NCBI GenBank assembly: GCA_965205025.1
Contig: CBDBFU010000003.1
Coordinates: 64,001-128,000, forward strand
DNA length: 64,000 bases
Direction of reading: 5' to 3'
Source of the DNA: Candidatus Poribacteria bacterium
GTDB lineage: Bacteria; Poribacteria; WGA-4E; WGA-3G
The notes under the pieces were generated by a model. It searched no databases, had not been told where the DNA came from, and saw only the letters and a program-made list of their open reading frames with translations. The position numbers and the translations under genes are program-made. Position 1 is the stretch's first letter, and each line of letters opens with the position of its first letter. Shown in pieces: positions 63,492 to 64,000 of the stretch.

Positions 63492-64000
63492 ATGACATCC
63501 TCACTACTCAATATGCATACGATTACGAAAGATTTTCCCGGGGTGCGTGCACTTGATGATGTCAATTTTGATGTGCGATCCGGTGAAATACATGCTCTTT
63601 GTGGTGAGAATGGGGCAGGCAAATCAACCTTAATTAAGATTCTCGGGGGAGTACATCCTTTTGGCACTTATGAAGGGGAACTGCACATTAATGGTATTGT
63701 ACAAAGGTTCAGAAATGTTCGAGATGCCGAAAATTCTGGTATTGCTGTCATTCATCAAGAATTGGCATTGATTCCTGAGATGACAGTTGCCGAAAATATA
63801 TACCTTGGTAGAGAACCACACAGGTTAAGTGTAATTGATAAATCCCGTTTATACAAAGATGCAGGAGAGTTATTAGCTCAATTTGGATTGGAGATTCCAT
63901 TACACGGACAAGTCTATAAGCTTGGAATCGGTCAGCAGCAACTTGTTGAAATTGCCAAAGCCTTGTCCCGAAACGCACATTTACTTGTACTTGATGAACC
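63492..64000 (+). CDS. Sugar ABC transporter ATP-binding protein (XylG/RbsA type), 3' truncated by the window end
   Basis: ITKDFPGVRALDDV, GENGAGKSTLIKIL, IHQEL, LGIGQQQLVEIAKAL, VLDEP. Confidence 0.92.
   Translation, partial: MTSSLLNMHTITKDFPGVRALDDVNFDVRSGEIHALCGENGAGKSTLIKILGGVHPFGTYEGELHINGIVQRFRNVRDAENSGIAVIHQELALIPEMTVAENIYLGREPHRLSVIDKSRLYKDAGELLAQFGLEIPLHGQVYKLGIGQQQLVEIAKALSRNAHLLVLDE

Overview
AT-rich bacterial chromosomal window. The taxon is inferred to be Candidatus Poribacteria, from the V-x4/5-K-x3/4-W-x2-LK C-terminal motif on secreted TolB and LamG proteins, the TPR expansions and the repeat-filled intergenic DNA. The first ~12.5 kb is accessory: TolB paralogs, a single-chain type IIG/ISP-like R-M enzyme, a membrane protein plus TPR pair, CoiA-like and HNH nucleases, a dead TA pair and many REP/MITE-like repeats. 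A housekeeping block follows: thiO, tatA-tatC-zinc ribbon, pgeF-yggS-proC-yggT-(ileS-like)-lspA, and fmt-PASTA-rpe-rsmE-mtaB. The rest holds solute-binding and secreted proteins, an IS4 remnant, tRNA-Ala(GGC), a CfrBI-like type II R-M system, tsaB, a flippase, TA fragments, aroA, a DapA-like aldolase, a PhoR-like kinase, tenA and the start of a sugar ABC ATPase. Main observations: (1) the gene in the ileS slot before lspA is an intact 858-aa IleRS homologue with all synthetic and editing motifs replaced but its Zn-binding CxxC pairs kept, so a candidate pseudo-synthetase; (2) an exported UxxC selenoprotein split by the ORF caller, with a SECIS-like hairpin; (3) a ~230-nt nested-helix RNA candidate upstream of tatA; (4) a set of small, mutually nested REP/MITE elements, including a ~34-bp hairpin module found inside other palindromes. 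Several core genes carry single-base frameshifts, probably assembly errors. All calls come from reading the sequence by eye; no searches were run.
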